Part shown: positions 19,064 through 29,363 of the stretch, piece after piece
Layout: every line of letters starts with the position of its first letter
Position numbering within the stretch: position 1 is the stretch's first letter
Assembly (NCBI GenBank): GCA_005777805.1
Contig: SXLG01000018.1
Location: 10,051-74,050, forward strand
Source of the DNA: Pseudomonadota bacterium
GTDB taxonomy: Bacteria; Desulfobacterota; Binatia; UBA12015
DNA length: 64,000 nucleotides
Reading direction: 5' to 3'
Notes under the pieces: model-generated
Databases searched by the model: none
Told to the model about the DNA's origin: nothing
Seen by the model: the letters and a program-made list of their open reading frames with translations, nothing else
Position numbers and translations under genes: made by a program

Positions 19064-19220
19064 TGCGCGCGGCGGGGCCGGGCGCAGGTTCGGCGTATTG
19101 CCCGTTCCGATGCGCGCCGATACCTTGAAGGGCCCGCGTTGGCCCTGCGGTCGCGGCGCGCCTTGTTCCCCATTCTGACTCCCGGGCACCCTCGGTTGCC
19201 TGGGCGAGGTTCTCGTTCAA

Positions 19221-22200
19221 ATGGCAGATCCAGCCCGTCCGTCCCCGGCCGCCAGTGGTTCCCTTCGCTCCGCCCTGCGCTTCCTGATCAAGGCCGGCCT
19301 CACGGTCGGCGCGTTCTACCTCCTGCTCGGCCACCGGGTGACCGATGAGGCCGGCCAGTCGCGCACCACCTTCGAGGTCATCCGTGCCTTCCTGCCCGAG
19401 ATCGGCCTTGGCACCTTCATCCGCTTCGTCTTCCTGGCCACTGGCATCAAGTTGATCGGCATCGCCGCCAGCATGTGGCGCTGGTCACTGCTGTTGTACG
19501 GGCAGGGCATCGAGTTGCCCTTCCGGCACGTCGCCGGCTCGTTCCTGATCGGGCGCTTCCTCGGCACCTTCCTGCCTTCGACCATCGGGCTCGACGGCTA
19601 CAAGCTCTACGACGCGGCGCGCTTCTCGGGGCGTTCGGTCGAAGCCTCGGGCGCGACGCTGGTCGAGAAGGTGCTGGGCTTCGCCGGCATCTTCCTCACC
19701 TATCTGGTGGCGCTGCCGCTGGGGGTCAGCATCTTCGGCGAACGCGCCGGCCAAATAATTGCTCTGACAGTGCCCATCGCCTTGCTGCCGCTGGTGGTCA
19801 TCTTCGCGATTTTCGGTTGGCCCGGTCCACGACTCATCGACTGGGCGGTCGAGCGTTTCCCGGTGGGGCCCTATGCCGGCTTCCTGCGGCGGCTGGCTGC
19901 CGCGATCACGGCGTACGGCGGGCGCAGTGCGACTCTGCTCGCGGCGGGGGGGCTCTCGTTCGTGGTCCATTTCACCACGGCGGCGATGTACTTCTTCACC
20001 GCGCTCGCGATCGGCGTCACTGCCGAACAGGCGAGCTTCTGGCAGGTGACCTTCGGCTCGACAATCCAGATCTTCGCGACCGTGCTGAGCCCGTTCACGA
20101 TCGCCGGAGAGGGTATCCGCGAGATGGCGCAGTACTATCTGCTGAGCCATTTGATGGGCCCGGCCGAAGCCATCGTCTCGGCGGCGCTCGGCTTCTGGGC
20201 GGCGGAGGGATTGACGCTCTTCGGTGGCATCGTGTGGTGGGTGCGACGCGATGACTACACGCCGGCCTGGTGTCGTGTTGGCGGTCGGCAGGTCGATTAC
20301 GCCGACGCGGCGCGCGCCGCGCGGGATTTTGGCCTCACCGGCGCGGTGGCCGCCGCCGAGGGTGGTCAGCCGGTCGAGGGAATCGTGGCGCGCGTGCTCG
20401 CCGGCGGGCTGCTCGGTCTCGGCGCAGGTCTGCTCGCGGGCGCACTGCTCGGGATCGGCGAGGCAGTGCTGGTGGTGGCGTCCGCCGGGGCGGGCGAGGA
20501 CGTCCAGATTCTTTGGTATGGACCCCTGCTCTACGGCTTGATCTGCGCCTTGATCGGGGCCGCTGCCGGGGCGGGTTTCGGCCTGCTGCCGCTCTCGGCG
20601 CACGTGCGCGACCGCTGGGGCGCGGCACTGGCTTTCGTGGCCGGGCTGCTGCCGCTCGGCCTCGCGGTGGCGCTCTTCCGTGTGCAGCGCGACGTCTATC
20701 TCGAGCAGCGGCCGCCGCTGCCCGTCCTCGGCGGCGTGGCGCTCGGCGGACTGATTGTGGCCGTGCTTCTCGGCTGTGTGGTGGCGCGCGTCTGGCGCGC
20801 ACCGCTCGCCCCCGCCGTGCGTCTGAGCGGGCGGATCCGCCGGCTCGCGGCTGGTGCTGGTCTGTGGCTTGGCGTGGTCGCTGCCGGGGCCATCGCGGCG
20901 GCCGTGCTGGCGCCAGTCGTGCCGCCGCCGGCGGATGTCCGCGCGGCGATTCCCGAGGCGTTGCGGTCACGGCCGAATGTGGTGCTGGTCATCGTCGATA
21001 CCCTGCGCGGCGATCACCTCGGTGTGTACGGCGATCGGCGCGGGCTCTCGCCGAGCATCGACGCGCTGGCGCGCGAGGGCAGCACCTACGAGGCCTCGGG
21101 GCAGGCGTCGTGGACCAAGCCCTCGGTCGCGACCATTCTGACCTCGCTCTACGCTTCATCCCACGGCGCGATGAGCAAGCCCTCGTTGCTGCCGGACGTG
21201 AAGACGCTCGCCGACGAGATCTCGGGCGCGGGCTATACCACGGCCGGGTTCGTCTCGAACGTCAACCTGGCGCCTTCGTTCAATTTCCAGCAGGGCTTCG
21301 GCGAGTACACCTACCTGGCGCCCGATTATCTCTTCGGCGCCGCGGAGTCCTCCTCCAAGCTCGTGCTCTACTCGATCGTGCGCAAGGTCTGGTTCTCCCT
21401 CAACAAGAAACGCTGGGTCGAGCAGTACTACCAAGACTCGCGGACGGTGAACGGCCACCTTCTGCCCTGGCTCGAGCGTCACGCCAGGGACCGTTTCTTC
21501 GTGCTGGCGCACTACATGGACCCGCACGATCCCTACTTCGCCCATCCCTACGACGGCGAGGCGATCGCGCGCGTCGAGATGCCGAACCCGCCTCCGGAGT
21601 TGGCGCCAAGGATGCGCGAACTCTACGCCGGCGAGGTGAAGCACATGGACGAGAGCGTTGGTGCTCTCGTCGCGAAGCTGCGTGAGCTCGGAATCTATGA
21701 CGACACGCTGATCGTGCTGACCGCAGATCACGGCGAGGAGTTCTTCGAGCACGGAGGCTGGTGGCACGGGACGACCCTCTACGACGAGCAGATCGGCGTA
21801 CCGCTGGTGGTGAAGTGGCCGGCGGGCACGGCCTTGGACGCTCGTCCGGCGGGCGTGGCGCGTCAGCTCGACGTGGCTCCGACGATTCTCGCGGCAACGG
21901 GTGTTGCGTTGCCGGCGGAGTGGCAGGGCGTCGACCTGCGGCGCGGCATCCCCGCCGAGCGCACGGCGTTTGCGGAGGAGGACCACGAGGGCAACGTGCT
22001 CACGGCTGCTCGTCGCGGGAGCTGGAAGAGTATCCGCGCCAATCCCGGCAATCCACGCGGCCTGCCCGAGATCGAACTCTTCGACCTCGGGGTCGATCCA
22101 GGCGAGACCAGGAACCTCGCAGATGCGGAGGCGGCTCGCGTCGCCGAGCTCGACCTGGGCATCGACGAGATCACCAAGGAAGCTGCGAGTGAAGCGGTTG

Positions 22201-22271
22201 CGAGTGCCGGCGAAGTGAAAATGGACGACGCTACCCGTGACCGATTGCGCGCGCTCGGATATATCGAGTAG
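19221..22271 (+). CDS. Fusion protein: MprF-flippase-like (LPG_synthase_TM/UPF0104-type) membrane domain + extra TM block + Thr-type sulfatase-fold domain
   Basis: 1016 aa. N-terminus: GIKLIGIAASMWRWSLLLYGQGIELPF..FLGTFLPSTIGLDGYKLYD. Hydrophobic blocks run to about residue 560. C-terminus: NVVLVIVDTLRGDH, SWTKPSVATILTSLY, VLTADHGEEFFEHGGWWHG, ending ..LRALGYIE. Confidence 0.85.
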   Translation: MADPARPSPAASGSLRSALRFLIKAGLTVGAFYLLLGHRVTDEAGQSRTTFEVIRAFLPEIGLGTFIRFVFLATGIKLIGIAASMWRWSLLLYGQGIELPFRHVAGSFLIGRFLGTFLPSTIGLDGYKLYDAARFSGRSVEASGATLVEKVLGFAGIFLTYLVALPLGVSIFGERAGQIIALTVPIALLPLVVIFAIFGWPGPRLIDWAVERFPVGPYAGFLRRLAAAITAYGGRSATLLAAGGLSFVVHFTTAAMYFFTALAIGVTAEQASFWQVTFGSTIQIFATVLSPFTIAGEGIREMAQYYLLSHLMGPAEAIVSAALGFWAAEGLTLFGGIVWWVRRDDYTPAWCRVGGRQVDYADAARAARDFGLTGAVAAAEGGQPVEGIVARVLAGGLLGLGAGLLAGALLGIGEAVLVVASAGAGEDVQILWYGPLLYGLICALIGAAAGAGFGLLPLSAHVRDRWGAALAFVAGLLPLGLAVALFRVQRDVYLEQRPPLPVLGGVALGGLIVAVLLGCVVARVWRAPLAPAVRLSGRIRRLAAGAGLWLGVVAAGAIAAAVLAPVVPPPADVRAAIPEALRSRPNVVLVIVDTLRGDHLGVYGDRRGLSPSIDALAREGSTYEASGQASWTKPSVATILTSLYASSHGAMSKPSLLPDVKTLADEISGAGYTTAGFVSNVNLAPSFNFQQGFGEYTYLAPDYLFGAAESSSKLVLYSIVRKVWFSLNKKRWVEQYYQDSRTVNGHLLPWLERHARDRFFVLAHYMDPHDPYFAHPYDGEAIARVEMPNPPPELAPRMRELYAGEVKHMDESVGALVAKLRELGIYDDTLIVLTADHGEEFFEHGGWWHGTTLYDEQIGVPLVVKWPAGTALDARPAGVARQLDVAPTILAATGVALPAEWQGVDLRRGIPAERTAFAEEDHEGNVLTAARRGSWKSIRANPGNPRGLPEIELFDLGVDPGETRNLADAEAARVAELDLGIDEITKEAASEAVASAGEVKMDDATRDRLRALGYIE

Positions 22272-22388
22272 CCGGCACGACGCGCGAAGCTCCTGCAACG
22301 GGCAAACGACACGCCCGCTCGTCCCCAGCGAGAGGGTTCTCTTGCGACCTGGAAAAATTCGCTACGTCGAGCCGCGGAGGGTTTCGAT

Positions 22389-24806
22389 ATGGCTCGCGAC
22401 GCAGGGTTCGGGTGGAGATGGAGCGGGGCCCTCGCTCTGGGGGCGGCATTGGTGGCCTGCGGCAACGTCGCGTCGCCACGCGCAACCGCGCTGCCGGCCT
22501 CGCGTTGCGGCGGGGGCGAGGGCCGCTGCATCGTCCTGGAGCCGGGCCCGCGCGATCGGGAGAATCTGCTTGCGGCCCTGATCGATGCCCGGCCGGGCGA
22601 TGTTCTCTTCCTCAAGGCCGGCACCTATCACGTCGACGGTCAGCTTCTTCTTGACGTGCCCGATGTGACCCTGCGCGGCGAGGGGATGGAGCGCACGATC
22701 CTCTCCTTCGCCGCGCAGGCCGACGGTGGCGAAGGGCTGCTGGTCACGGCCGACCATTTCACCATGGCCGACCTCGCTCTCGAAGACGGCCCCGGCGATC
22801 TGATCCGCCTGCTTGGGGTGGATGGCGTGCGTCTCAGTCGAGTACGCGCTGAGTGGACGCGCGGTCCCGCGACCGACAACGGCGCTTACGGGCTCTATCC
22901 CGTCCAGTGCAGCGACGTCCTGATAGAGGACAGCGTCGTGCGCGGCGCCTCGGATGCCGGCATCTACGTCGGCCAGTCGCGCAACATCGTCGTGCGCCGC
23001 AATACGGTCACCGAGAACGTCGCCGGGATCGAGATCGAGAACTCGACTGGCGCCGACGTCTACGACAACACCGTGACGCGCAACACCGGTGGAGTGCTGG
23101 TGTTCAACCTGCCCGGGCTGCCGGTGCAGAACGGCAACACGACGCGGATTTTTGCCAATCGGATTTTCGCCAACGACACGGCGAATTTCGCGGCACCAGG
23201 CAATATCGTGGGTTCGGTCCCGGCGGGTACCGGCGTCATGATCATGGCGAACGACGGGGTCGAGGTCTTCGCCAACGAGCTGCGTGACAATGGCACGGTC
23301 GGCGTGCTGGTGCTGAGCTTCAACACCGCGGCCGTCGTCGCCGGAATCCAGCGGCCGGACGACCCGGTCTACGATCCTTTCAGCGAAGGTATCTTTGTCA
23401 GCGACAACACCTTCATCGGCGGGGGCACCAACCCCGACGCCGCCACCGCCGAACTGATCCGCGGCGTGGCGCCGGTGGTGGGCGAGGGCCCGCTGCCGCA
23501 GATCATCATCGACGGCGACGTCGATTCGGCGAAGCTCGTGGCGGGAGCGCTGCCGGCAGGACTGCGGACCTGTGTCGCCGAGGACGAGGCGAGCGTGCTC
23601 GATCTCGATATCGCGCACGGTTTCACGGCCGCGACGCTCGATCCCGCGAATGCCCGGTGCACGTTGCCGCGGCTCGATCCCGTGGTGGTTCCCGGGGCGG
23701 ACATCGAACTGGCAGCGGTCGCCAACGGGGACTCGCTACCGGCGACCGTGACGGAGCCCGTCGGCAATGAGCTTCGGGAGACCCGCTGCACGCCACCTGC
23801 GGGCAATGGGCCCTGGCTGGATGCGACGGGCCTCGCTTGCCAGTTGCTCTCGAGCCATCGATTCCTTGTCGGCACGGGTCCGTCGCAGTGGCCCAATGCG
23901 GGCGTGGTGCCCTTCGACGTCGCCACGCCCCTCTTTTCGGACGAGGCGCTGAAGCAGCGCTTCGTCTTCCTGCCGGCGGGCACGGCGGCGGCGTACCACG
24001 ACACCGAGACCTTTGACTTCCCGGTCGGAACGGCGCTGATCAAAACCTTCGCTTATCCGATCGACGCGCGTGTGCCGGACCGCGGAGAGCGCCTGATCGA
24101 GACCCGACTCCTCGTCCGCCGCGCGGATCGCTGGGTGGGCTACACGTATCTCTGGAACGACGAGCAGACCGAGGCGGTGCTGACCACCGTCGGCGCCGAC
24201 GTGCCCGTCACGTGGATCGATGCGGACGGGGTCGAGCGCGCAATCGCCTTCCACGTCCCAAACGTCAATCAGTGCAAGGCCTGTCACGGGGAGACCGGCG
24301 TGACAGGGCCGCTCGGGCCCAAGGCGCGCAACTTGAACAAGAGCTTCGCCTATCCCGACGGAGCCCTAAACCAGCTTGACAACTGGAGTGAACTCGGAAT
24401 CCTCACCGGCTTGCCCGACGCGGCAGCACGGCCGCCCGCAGTGATGTTCGACGATCCCGCGACGGGTTCGCTCGAGGAGCGGGCGCGCGCCTACCTCGAC
24501 GTGAACTGCGCGAGCTGTCACAACGCCGACGGTCTCGCGCGGCCGAGCGGGCTCTTCCTTTCTGTGCACGAGACCGAGCGGAACGCGCTCGGGATCTGCA
24601 AGACGCCGGTCTCGGCGGGACGGGGCAGCGGTGGCCTGAAGTACGATGTCGTGCCGGGGCGCCCGGATCTCTCGATCCTTGCGTACCGCATGGAATCGAC
24701 GGAGGCGGGAATCGCCATGCCGGAGCTGGGTCGGACGCTGGTGCACGCGGCCGGGGTCGCCCTGATCCGCGACTGGATCACGGCGCTGCCGGGCGGGTGC
24801 GAATGA
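22389..24806 (+). CDS. Fusion of parallel beta-helix repeat domain and diheme c-type cytochrome domain
   Basis: RBS GGAGGG, ATG at 22389, signal/lipoprotein-like N-terminus ([12 protein letters not shown]). Beta-helix repeats (..[29 protein letters not shown]..). Two CxxCH motifs in the C-terminal third (CKACHG, CASCHN). Confidence 0.8.
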   Translation: MARDAGFGWRWSGALALGAALVACGNVASPRATALPASRCGGGEGRCIVLEPGPRDRENLLAALIDARPGDVLFLKAGTYHVDGQLLLDVPDVTLRGEGMERTILSFAAQADGGEGLLVTADHFTMADLALEDGPGDLIRLLGVDGVRLSRVRAEWTRGPATDNGAYGLYPVQCSDVLIEDSVVRGASDAGIYVGQSRNIVVRRNTVTENVAGIEIENSTGADVYDNTVTRNTGGVLVFNLPGLPVQNGNTTRIFANRIFANDTANFAAPGNIVGSVPAGTGVMIMANDGVEVFANELRDNGTVGVLVLSFNTAAVVAGIQRPDDPVYDPFSEGIFVSDNTFIGGGTNPDAATAELIRGVAPVVGEGPLPQIIIDGDVDSAKLVAGALPAGLRTCVAEDEASVLDLDIAHGFTAATLDPANARCTLPRLDPVVVPGADIELAAVANGDSLPATVTEPVGNELRETRCTPPAGNGPWLDATGLACQLLSSHRFLVGTGPSQWPNAGVVPFDVATPLFSDEALKQRFVFLPAGTAAAYHDTETFDFPVGTALIKTFAYPIDARVPDRGERLIETRLLVRRADRWVGYTYLWNDEQTEAVLTTVGADVPVTWIDADGVERAIAFHVPNVNQCKACHGETGVTGPLGPKARNLNKSFAYPDGALNQLDNWSELGILTGLPDAAARPPAVMFDDPATGSLEERARAYLDVNCASCHNADGLARPSGLFLSVHETERNALGICKTPVSAGRGSGGLKYDVVPGRPDLSILAYRMESTEAGIAMPELGRTLVHAAGVALIRDWITALPGGCE

Positions 24807-24870
24807 GCGCGCGGGCCGAGCCGTGGCCCAACGGATAGACGGCGGATTCGATCTCGGGCAAGCTAGGGTG

Positions 24871-25953
24871 ATGAACCCAGCGCGGCCTCGGCAGGGACGT
24901 GGATCGGTGGTCGAAGTCGGTCCGGGCGGGCACGGTAGGGGGTGGCGGTCGCGGTCGCCTCTCGGTCTTCTCGCCGCCCTGCTGGCGCTGGTGGTGGCGG
25001 CCTGCGGCAGCGTCAGCAGCGGCCCGCCGCCTGTGACCGCGGTCAGCTATAATCTACTCCACGGCATCTTCTGCCCTCGCGAGACGGACCGCTGCCGGCT
25101 CGCGGACCGAGTCGATCTCTTCTGGGATATCGTGCGCGAGCGCGGTTGCCCGGAGGTGATCGCACTGCAGGAGGGCACCCGCGAGACGCGCGCGCTGCTC
25201 GAAGAGCGGAGCGCGACCGTCTGCCCGCGCCCCTACGAGATCGTCGCCGGCCCGATCGAAACGACGCTGGACGATGAGATCGTCCTCACTTCGTTGCCGA
25301 TACGTGCGGTCGAGCAGCGGCGTCTCTACATCAATTTCCGCAAGGTCCTGCTGGTGCAGCTCGAGCATTCGAGCGGACCGCTGGACGTCTTCTCGACGCA
25401 TCTCGCCTCGAGCTCCGACGGCGCGGGCCGGGCCTGCGCTGCCGATTGCCCGCCCGAGTGCCTGGCCGCCGGGGCGGCCAACGTCCGTCAATGCCAGAGC
25501 GTCCAGGTCGCGAACTGGGTCGGCGAGCGCCACCAGGGCCCGAACCCGGCGCTGGTGCTGGGGGACTTCAACGATCCGGCGGGGAGTTTCGTCTACGATC
25601 AGTTCGTTGGCCGGGGTTTCATGGATGCGTCTCTGAGCGCCGGCAACCCCGAATGCGATCCGGCTTCCGGCATCGGCTGCACCGCGGGCCGCGAGGACGA
25701 GGAACTCACGGCGCTCGAGTCGCCCGCCTACAACGAGAACGAGCGCATTGACTTCGCATTCGTCGTGCCGGGGGAGGCCGGGGCCGGCTGCGCGGGTCGG
25801 GTCGTGCCGCCCCACGGCGCGGGCGGCCTGCGCGGAACGCGGCTTTTTGCCGACGTCGCCAATCCCTTTGCCGCCACTTGCGGCCCGGAGCCCGCGGCGA
25901 TCTGCTGGGCCTCCGATCACGTTGGCGTGCAGGTCGAGTTGGCCTGCGGCTGA
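24871..25953 (+). CDS. Endonuclease/exonuclease/phosphatase (EEP) family lipoprotein
   Basis: LLAALLALVVAAC lipobox. EEP blocks: VSYNLLHG, VIALQEG, VFSTHLAS, VLGDFND, WASDHVGV. The start could be the ATG at 24871 or the GTG at 24823. Confidence 0.8.
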   Translation: MNPARPRQGRGSVVEVGPGGHGRGWRSRSPLGLLAALLALVVAACGSVSSGPPPVTAVSYNLLHGIFCPRETDRCRLADRVDLFWDIVRERGCPEVIALQEGTRETRALLEERSATVCPRPYEIVAGPIETTLDDEIVLTSLPIRAVEQRRLYINFRKVLLVQLEHSSGPLDVFSTHLASSSDGAGRACAADCPPECLAAGAANVRQCQSVQVANWVGERHQGPNPALVLGDFNDPAGSFVYDQFVGRGFMDASLSAGNPECDPASGIGCTAGREDEELTALESPAYNENERIDFAFVVPGEAGAGCAGRVVPPHGAGGLRGTRLFADVANPFAATCGPEPAAICWASDHVGVQVELACG

Positions 25954-26014
25954 GGCTCGGCGGGCACGGCCCCGCGACGCGATGCGGGGTGGCCGGTTGT
26001 GACAGGGCCCCCGG

Positions 26015-27283
26015 ATGCGCCATAGGGGGGCGGTGGCGGGGGAGATCTCGGGCGCGGCGAACCCGGCGGGTCCGGCATCCAACAAGGCTGCCTGGTGGGT
26101 CGCGGCCGCGTGCTTTGGCTGCCTCGTCGGCGAGGCGATCGGCACCTACATATTCACGCCGATGCTGAAACCGGTGGTTGCAGAGTTTGGCTGGACCCGG
26201 ACCCAGTTCGCGCTCTCGGGGCTCTTCGTCAGCCTGGTGATGATGGCGTCCGTGCCGGCGGCGGGCATGCTCGCCGACCGTGGCCGCGGGCGCTCGGTGC
26301 TCGCCGTGGGCGCGGTCTGTCTCGGCGCCGCGCTGTACCTCTTCAGCCGGATGCAGGGGCTGGCGCATTTCTACTTGATCACCGCCCTGATGGGCCTTGG
26401 CGTCGGTTGTCTGGGTGGCGTGCCGACGACCGCGCTGATCTCGCGCTGGTTCGATACCGATCGCGGTTTCGGCCTCGGTGTGGTCGGGCTCGGCCACAGT
26501 GTCGGCGGCTTTCTGATCCCGCCCGTCGTGACCTGGATCACACTGACGCGGGGGTGGCGCTCGGCCTTTGAGGCTCTGTCGTGGTTCGCCTGGCTCGTGC
26601 TGGTTCCGCTGATCCTGATGTTGGTGCGGGATCCGGCGCGGCCGACGGAGTCTGGCGGCGGCGATGAAGCGACTCTGGTCGGAGAGCCAATTGCGTTCCG
26701 GGATGGATTCCGCAGCGCCACCTTCCGGCTGCTCGCGGCCGCGATGTTCCTGCACATTTTCTACTTTTCGGCGGTCACCGTGCACTTCGTCGCGTTTGCC
26801 ACCGACGTCGGCTTCTCGCCCGAGAAGGCGGCGTCGGCCTTCGGGATCTTGATCGGGCTCGGTATCGTCGGTCGCCTCGGGTTCGGATGGCTGGGGGACC
26901 GCTACGATCCCCGCAAGGTGATGGTGGCGGCACTTGGCCTCACCGCGGTCGCAGCACTCTGTCTGCAGGGAATCGCCCGTCCGGGTGTCCTGCAGCTTTT
27001 CATCGTCTTGCAGGGCCTCGGAGTGGTCGGTGTTCAGACTCTCTTCGGTCTCGTCGTCGGCGAGTGCTTCGGCACGAAGAATGTCGGCACTTTCCTCGGC
27101 GCGGCGATGCTCTTCCAGGTGCCCGGCGGCGTGCTGGGCGCGATCCTCGCGGCTGTGAGCTTCGACAGTCTTGGGACCTACATTCCGGCGTTCGCCCTCT
27201 TCGCCGCAGGCAATGTTGTCGCTGCTTTTGCGATCGCCGCGGTGCAGCCGTACCGGCCGGCCTCGCTCCCGGCGCACGCCTGA
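26015..27283 (+). CDS. MFS transporter
   Basis: 422 aa with about 12 hydrophobic segments. MFS loop motif: GMLADRGRGRSVL. Confidence 0.85.
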   Translation: MRHRGAVAGEISGAANPAGPASNKAAWWVAAACFGCLVGEAIGTYIFTPMLKPVVAEFGWTRTQFALSGLFVSLVMMASVPAAGMLADRGRGRSVLAVGAVCLGAALYLFSRMQGLAHFYLITALMGLGVGCLGGVPTTALISRWFDTDRGFGLGVVGLGHSVGGFLIPPVVTWITLTRGWRSAFEALSWFAWLVLVPLILMLVRDPARPTESGGGDEATLVGEPIAFRDGFRSATFRLLAAAMFLHIFYFSAVTVHFVAFATDVGFSPEKAASAFGILIGLGIVGRLGFGWLGDRYDPRKVMVAALGLTAVAALCLQGIARPGVLQLFIVLQGLGVVGVQTLFGLVVGECFGTKNVGTFLGAAMLFQVPGGVLGAILAAVSFDSLGTYIPAFALFAAGNVVAAFAIAAVQPYRPASLPAHA

Positions 27284-27287
27284 GCCT

Positions 27288-27313
27288 GCGCCAGCCGCGG
27301 GGGTGGCTGGCGC
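27288..27313 (+). terminator. 9-bp-stem GC hairpin directly after the MFS stop
   Basis: GCGCCAGCC (27288-27296) pairs with GGCTGGCGC (27305-27313) around an 8-nt loop, 4 nt after the TGA. No U-tract. Confidence 0.35.
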
Positions 27314-27509
27314 GGGCTCGGGCGCCCACGCCAGATCGCCCCGCGAGAGGACATTCCCCCCGGAATGGTCTGGTAGCGGAGAGGTTTCTTGCACCTCTCC
27401 CGGATGTTGAGACAAGCTGGCTATCCCGACCCGCGGCGGCAGTGATACTCCCCCTGCGACGGGTTCGTGCTTCGAGCCCGGCATGACCCACTCATCGAGG
27501 GAGCTTGCC

Positions 27510-29147
27510 ATGACAGCCGACCACATCGCGGACCTCTCCAACGCTCAGATCTCCCGCCTCTCGACACGTGAGCGGCGTGGTCTTGCCCGCGTGCTGCTGC
27601 AGGCCGCCCGGCGCGAGGGCGCCCGGCTCCGGGTGACGCGCGGCGCCTATCGCCGGACGGCGCGCGCCCGGCAGCGTGTCCGCCGTTGGCTTGTGGTTGC
27701 GGCATTTCTGGCGGGCGTCGCGGTCGCGGGGCCCTCGTTCGCGGCGGCACCGGAGTTCGATCCGCCGCAGCTCAATCCCCACGGCATCTCGAATAGCGGC
27801 ACCTACGCCTCGCCGTCCTTCGCCGACATCGACGGTGATGGCGACCTCGACCTCTTCGTTGGCGTCGGGGCCAACGACGCCGGTGGTGGCGTGGCCTACG
27901 GCAAGACGATGTTCATGGAGAACCAGGGCTCGGCCTCGGTGCCGGCCTTTGGCGCCGCGCAGACGAACCCCTTCGGGCTGGTCTCCGTCGGCACCTTCCA
28001 TGGCCCGGCGCTCGGCGACATCGATGACGATGGCGATCTCGATATGTTCGTCGGCGTGCGCTCCGGGGATCTCGTCTACCAGGGGAACAGCGGGTCGGCG
28101 TCAGTGCCGGCTTTCGGCGCGCCACAGACCAACCCCTTCGGGCTGACCGGCCTCGGGGTCGATACCTACGCGCTGCCTGCGCTCGGCGATATCGACGGCG
28201 ACGGCGATCTCGACATGCTGGTCGGAAATCTTGCTGGCGACGTGGTGTTCTTCGAGAACAACGGCACTGCATCCACCCCGGCCTTCGGCTCCCCGGAGAC
28301 CAATCCCTTCGGGTTGCAGCGGGTTGCAGCAGGCAGCGGTGCGCCCACCTTCGATGACGTCGATCACGACGGTGACCTCGATGCCTTTTCGGGCGACCTC
28401 GATGGCAATGCTGTCTTCTTCGAGAACATTGGCACGGCGAGCACGCCGCTCTTCACCGATCAGCTCACCAACCGATTCGGGATGCAGGACGTCGGCAAGT
28501 ACTCGGCGCCCTGCTTTGGCGACATCGACGGCGACGGCGATCTCGATGCGTTGATTGGCGCCGACACGGGCGATCTCTTCCTCTTCGAGATGATCACGCC
28601 GAAGCGGCTCATCGGCGCGTGTGCCGTTGCCCCCGAGGTCGGGTGTGAGACTGGCTTCGAGAAGGCACAGCTCAAGATCAGCGAGAAGACTGCTGGCAAG
28701 GAGAGTATCCAGGCCAAGATGCTCAAGGGGCCGACCATCGTCTCGTTCGGCAATCCCTCGGTCCCCGGCCCGGACTACGCACTTTGCATCTACAACGGCA
28801 CCGACGCGCTCGTTGCCTCGGTGGATATTGACGCCACTGGTGGTGAAACCTGTGACGGCAAGCCGTGCTGGAAGGAAATCGGCGGCGGCAAGGGCCTGCT
28901 CTACGGGGACAAGGGGGGTGCCGCCGACGGCGTGACCCAGCTCAAGCTGATGGGTGGGGCGACCGGCAAGACCCAGATCCAGCTCAAGGCCGCCAACGAT
29001 GCGGACAACCAACTGCCGACCGGTGTCGCTTCGGCCCTGCAGACCACGGCTTCGGTCAAGGTTCAGTTCACGAGCCCCGCTGGCTGCCACGAGGCCGAGA
29101 TGGTCGTCATCAAGAAAGCCGCGCCGGACGAGTTCCAGGCCCAGTAG
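27510..29147 (+). CDS. FG-GAP/VCBS-repeat exported protein with Cys-containing C-terminal domain
   Basis: Five repeats of x-D-[IV]-D-x-D-G-D-L-D-x-[FLI]-x-G, each preceded by ..S[VT]P[AL]F...TNPFG[LM]. TM/signal segment WLVVAAFLAGVAVAGPSFAAA. ATG at 27510 follows GAGGGAG; the ATG at 27483 is an alternative start. Confidence 0.8.
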   Translation: MTADHIADLSNAQISRLSTRERRGLARVLLQAARREGARLRVTRGAYRRTARARQRVRRWLVVAAFLAGVAVAGPSFAAAPEFDPPQLNPHGISNSGTYASPSFADIDGDGDLDLFVGVGANDAGGGVAYGKTMFMENQGSASVPAFGAAQTNPFGLVSVGTFHGPALGDIDDDGDLDMFVGVRSGDLVYQGNSGSASVPAFGAPQTNPFGLTGLGVDTYALPALGDIDGDGDLDMLVGNLAGDVVFFENNGTASTPAFGSPETNPFGLQRVAAGSGAPTFDDVDHDGDLDAFSGDLDGNAVFFENIGTASTPLFTDQLTNRFGMQDVGKYSAPCFGDIDGDGDLDALIGADTGDLFLFEMITPKRLIGACAVAPEVGCETGFEKAQLKISEKTAGKESIQAKMLKGPTIVSFGNPSVPGPDYALCIYNGTDALVASVDIDATGGETCDGKPCWKEIGGGKGLLYGDKGGAADGVTQLKLMGGATGKTQIQLKAANDADNQLPTGVASALQTTASVKVQFTSPAGCHEAEMVVIKKAAPDEFQAQ

Positions 29148-29363
29148 GCGAAATCCGATTGCCGCTGGCGGCCGGGCCCGAGCACAGGGCGGGGTCGCGA
29201 GCGGCTGCCGCAGGGCTCCGCGCCCGGTGTCGATTGCCTGGCGGTCTGCGGTCGCGCGTTGCGTGCGGGTGTGTTGTCCCTCGACGCGCATCATGGAGGG
29301 AGCGTCCGTCATCGGCAGGGAGCCTCGGCGCCGGGAGCACGTGCGCCCGGGGGACGTCGCCGC

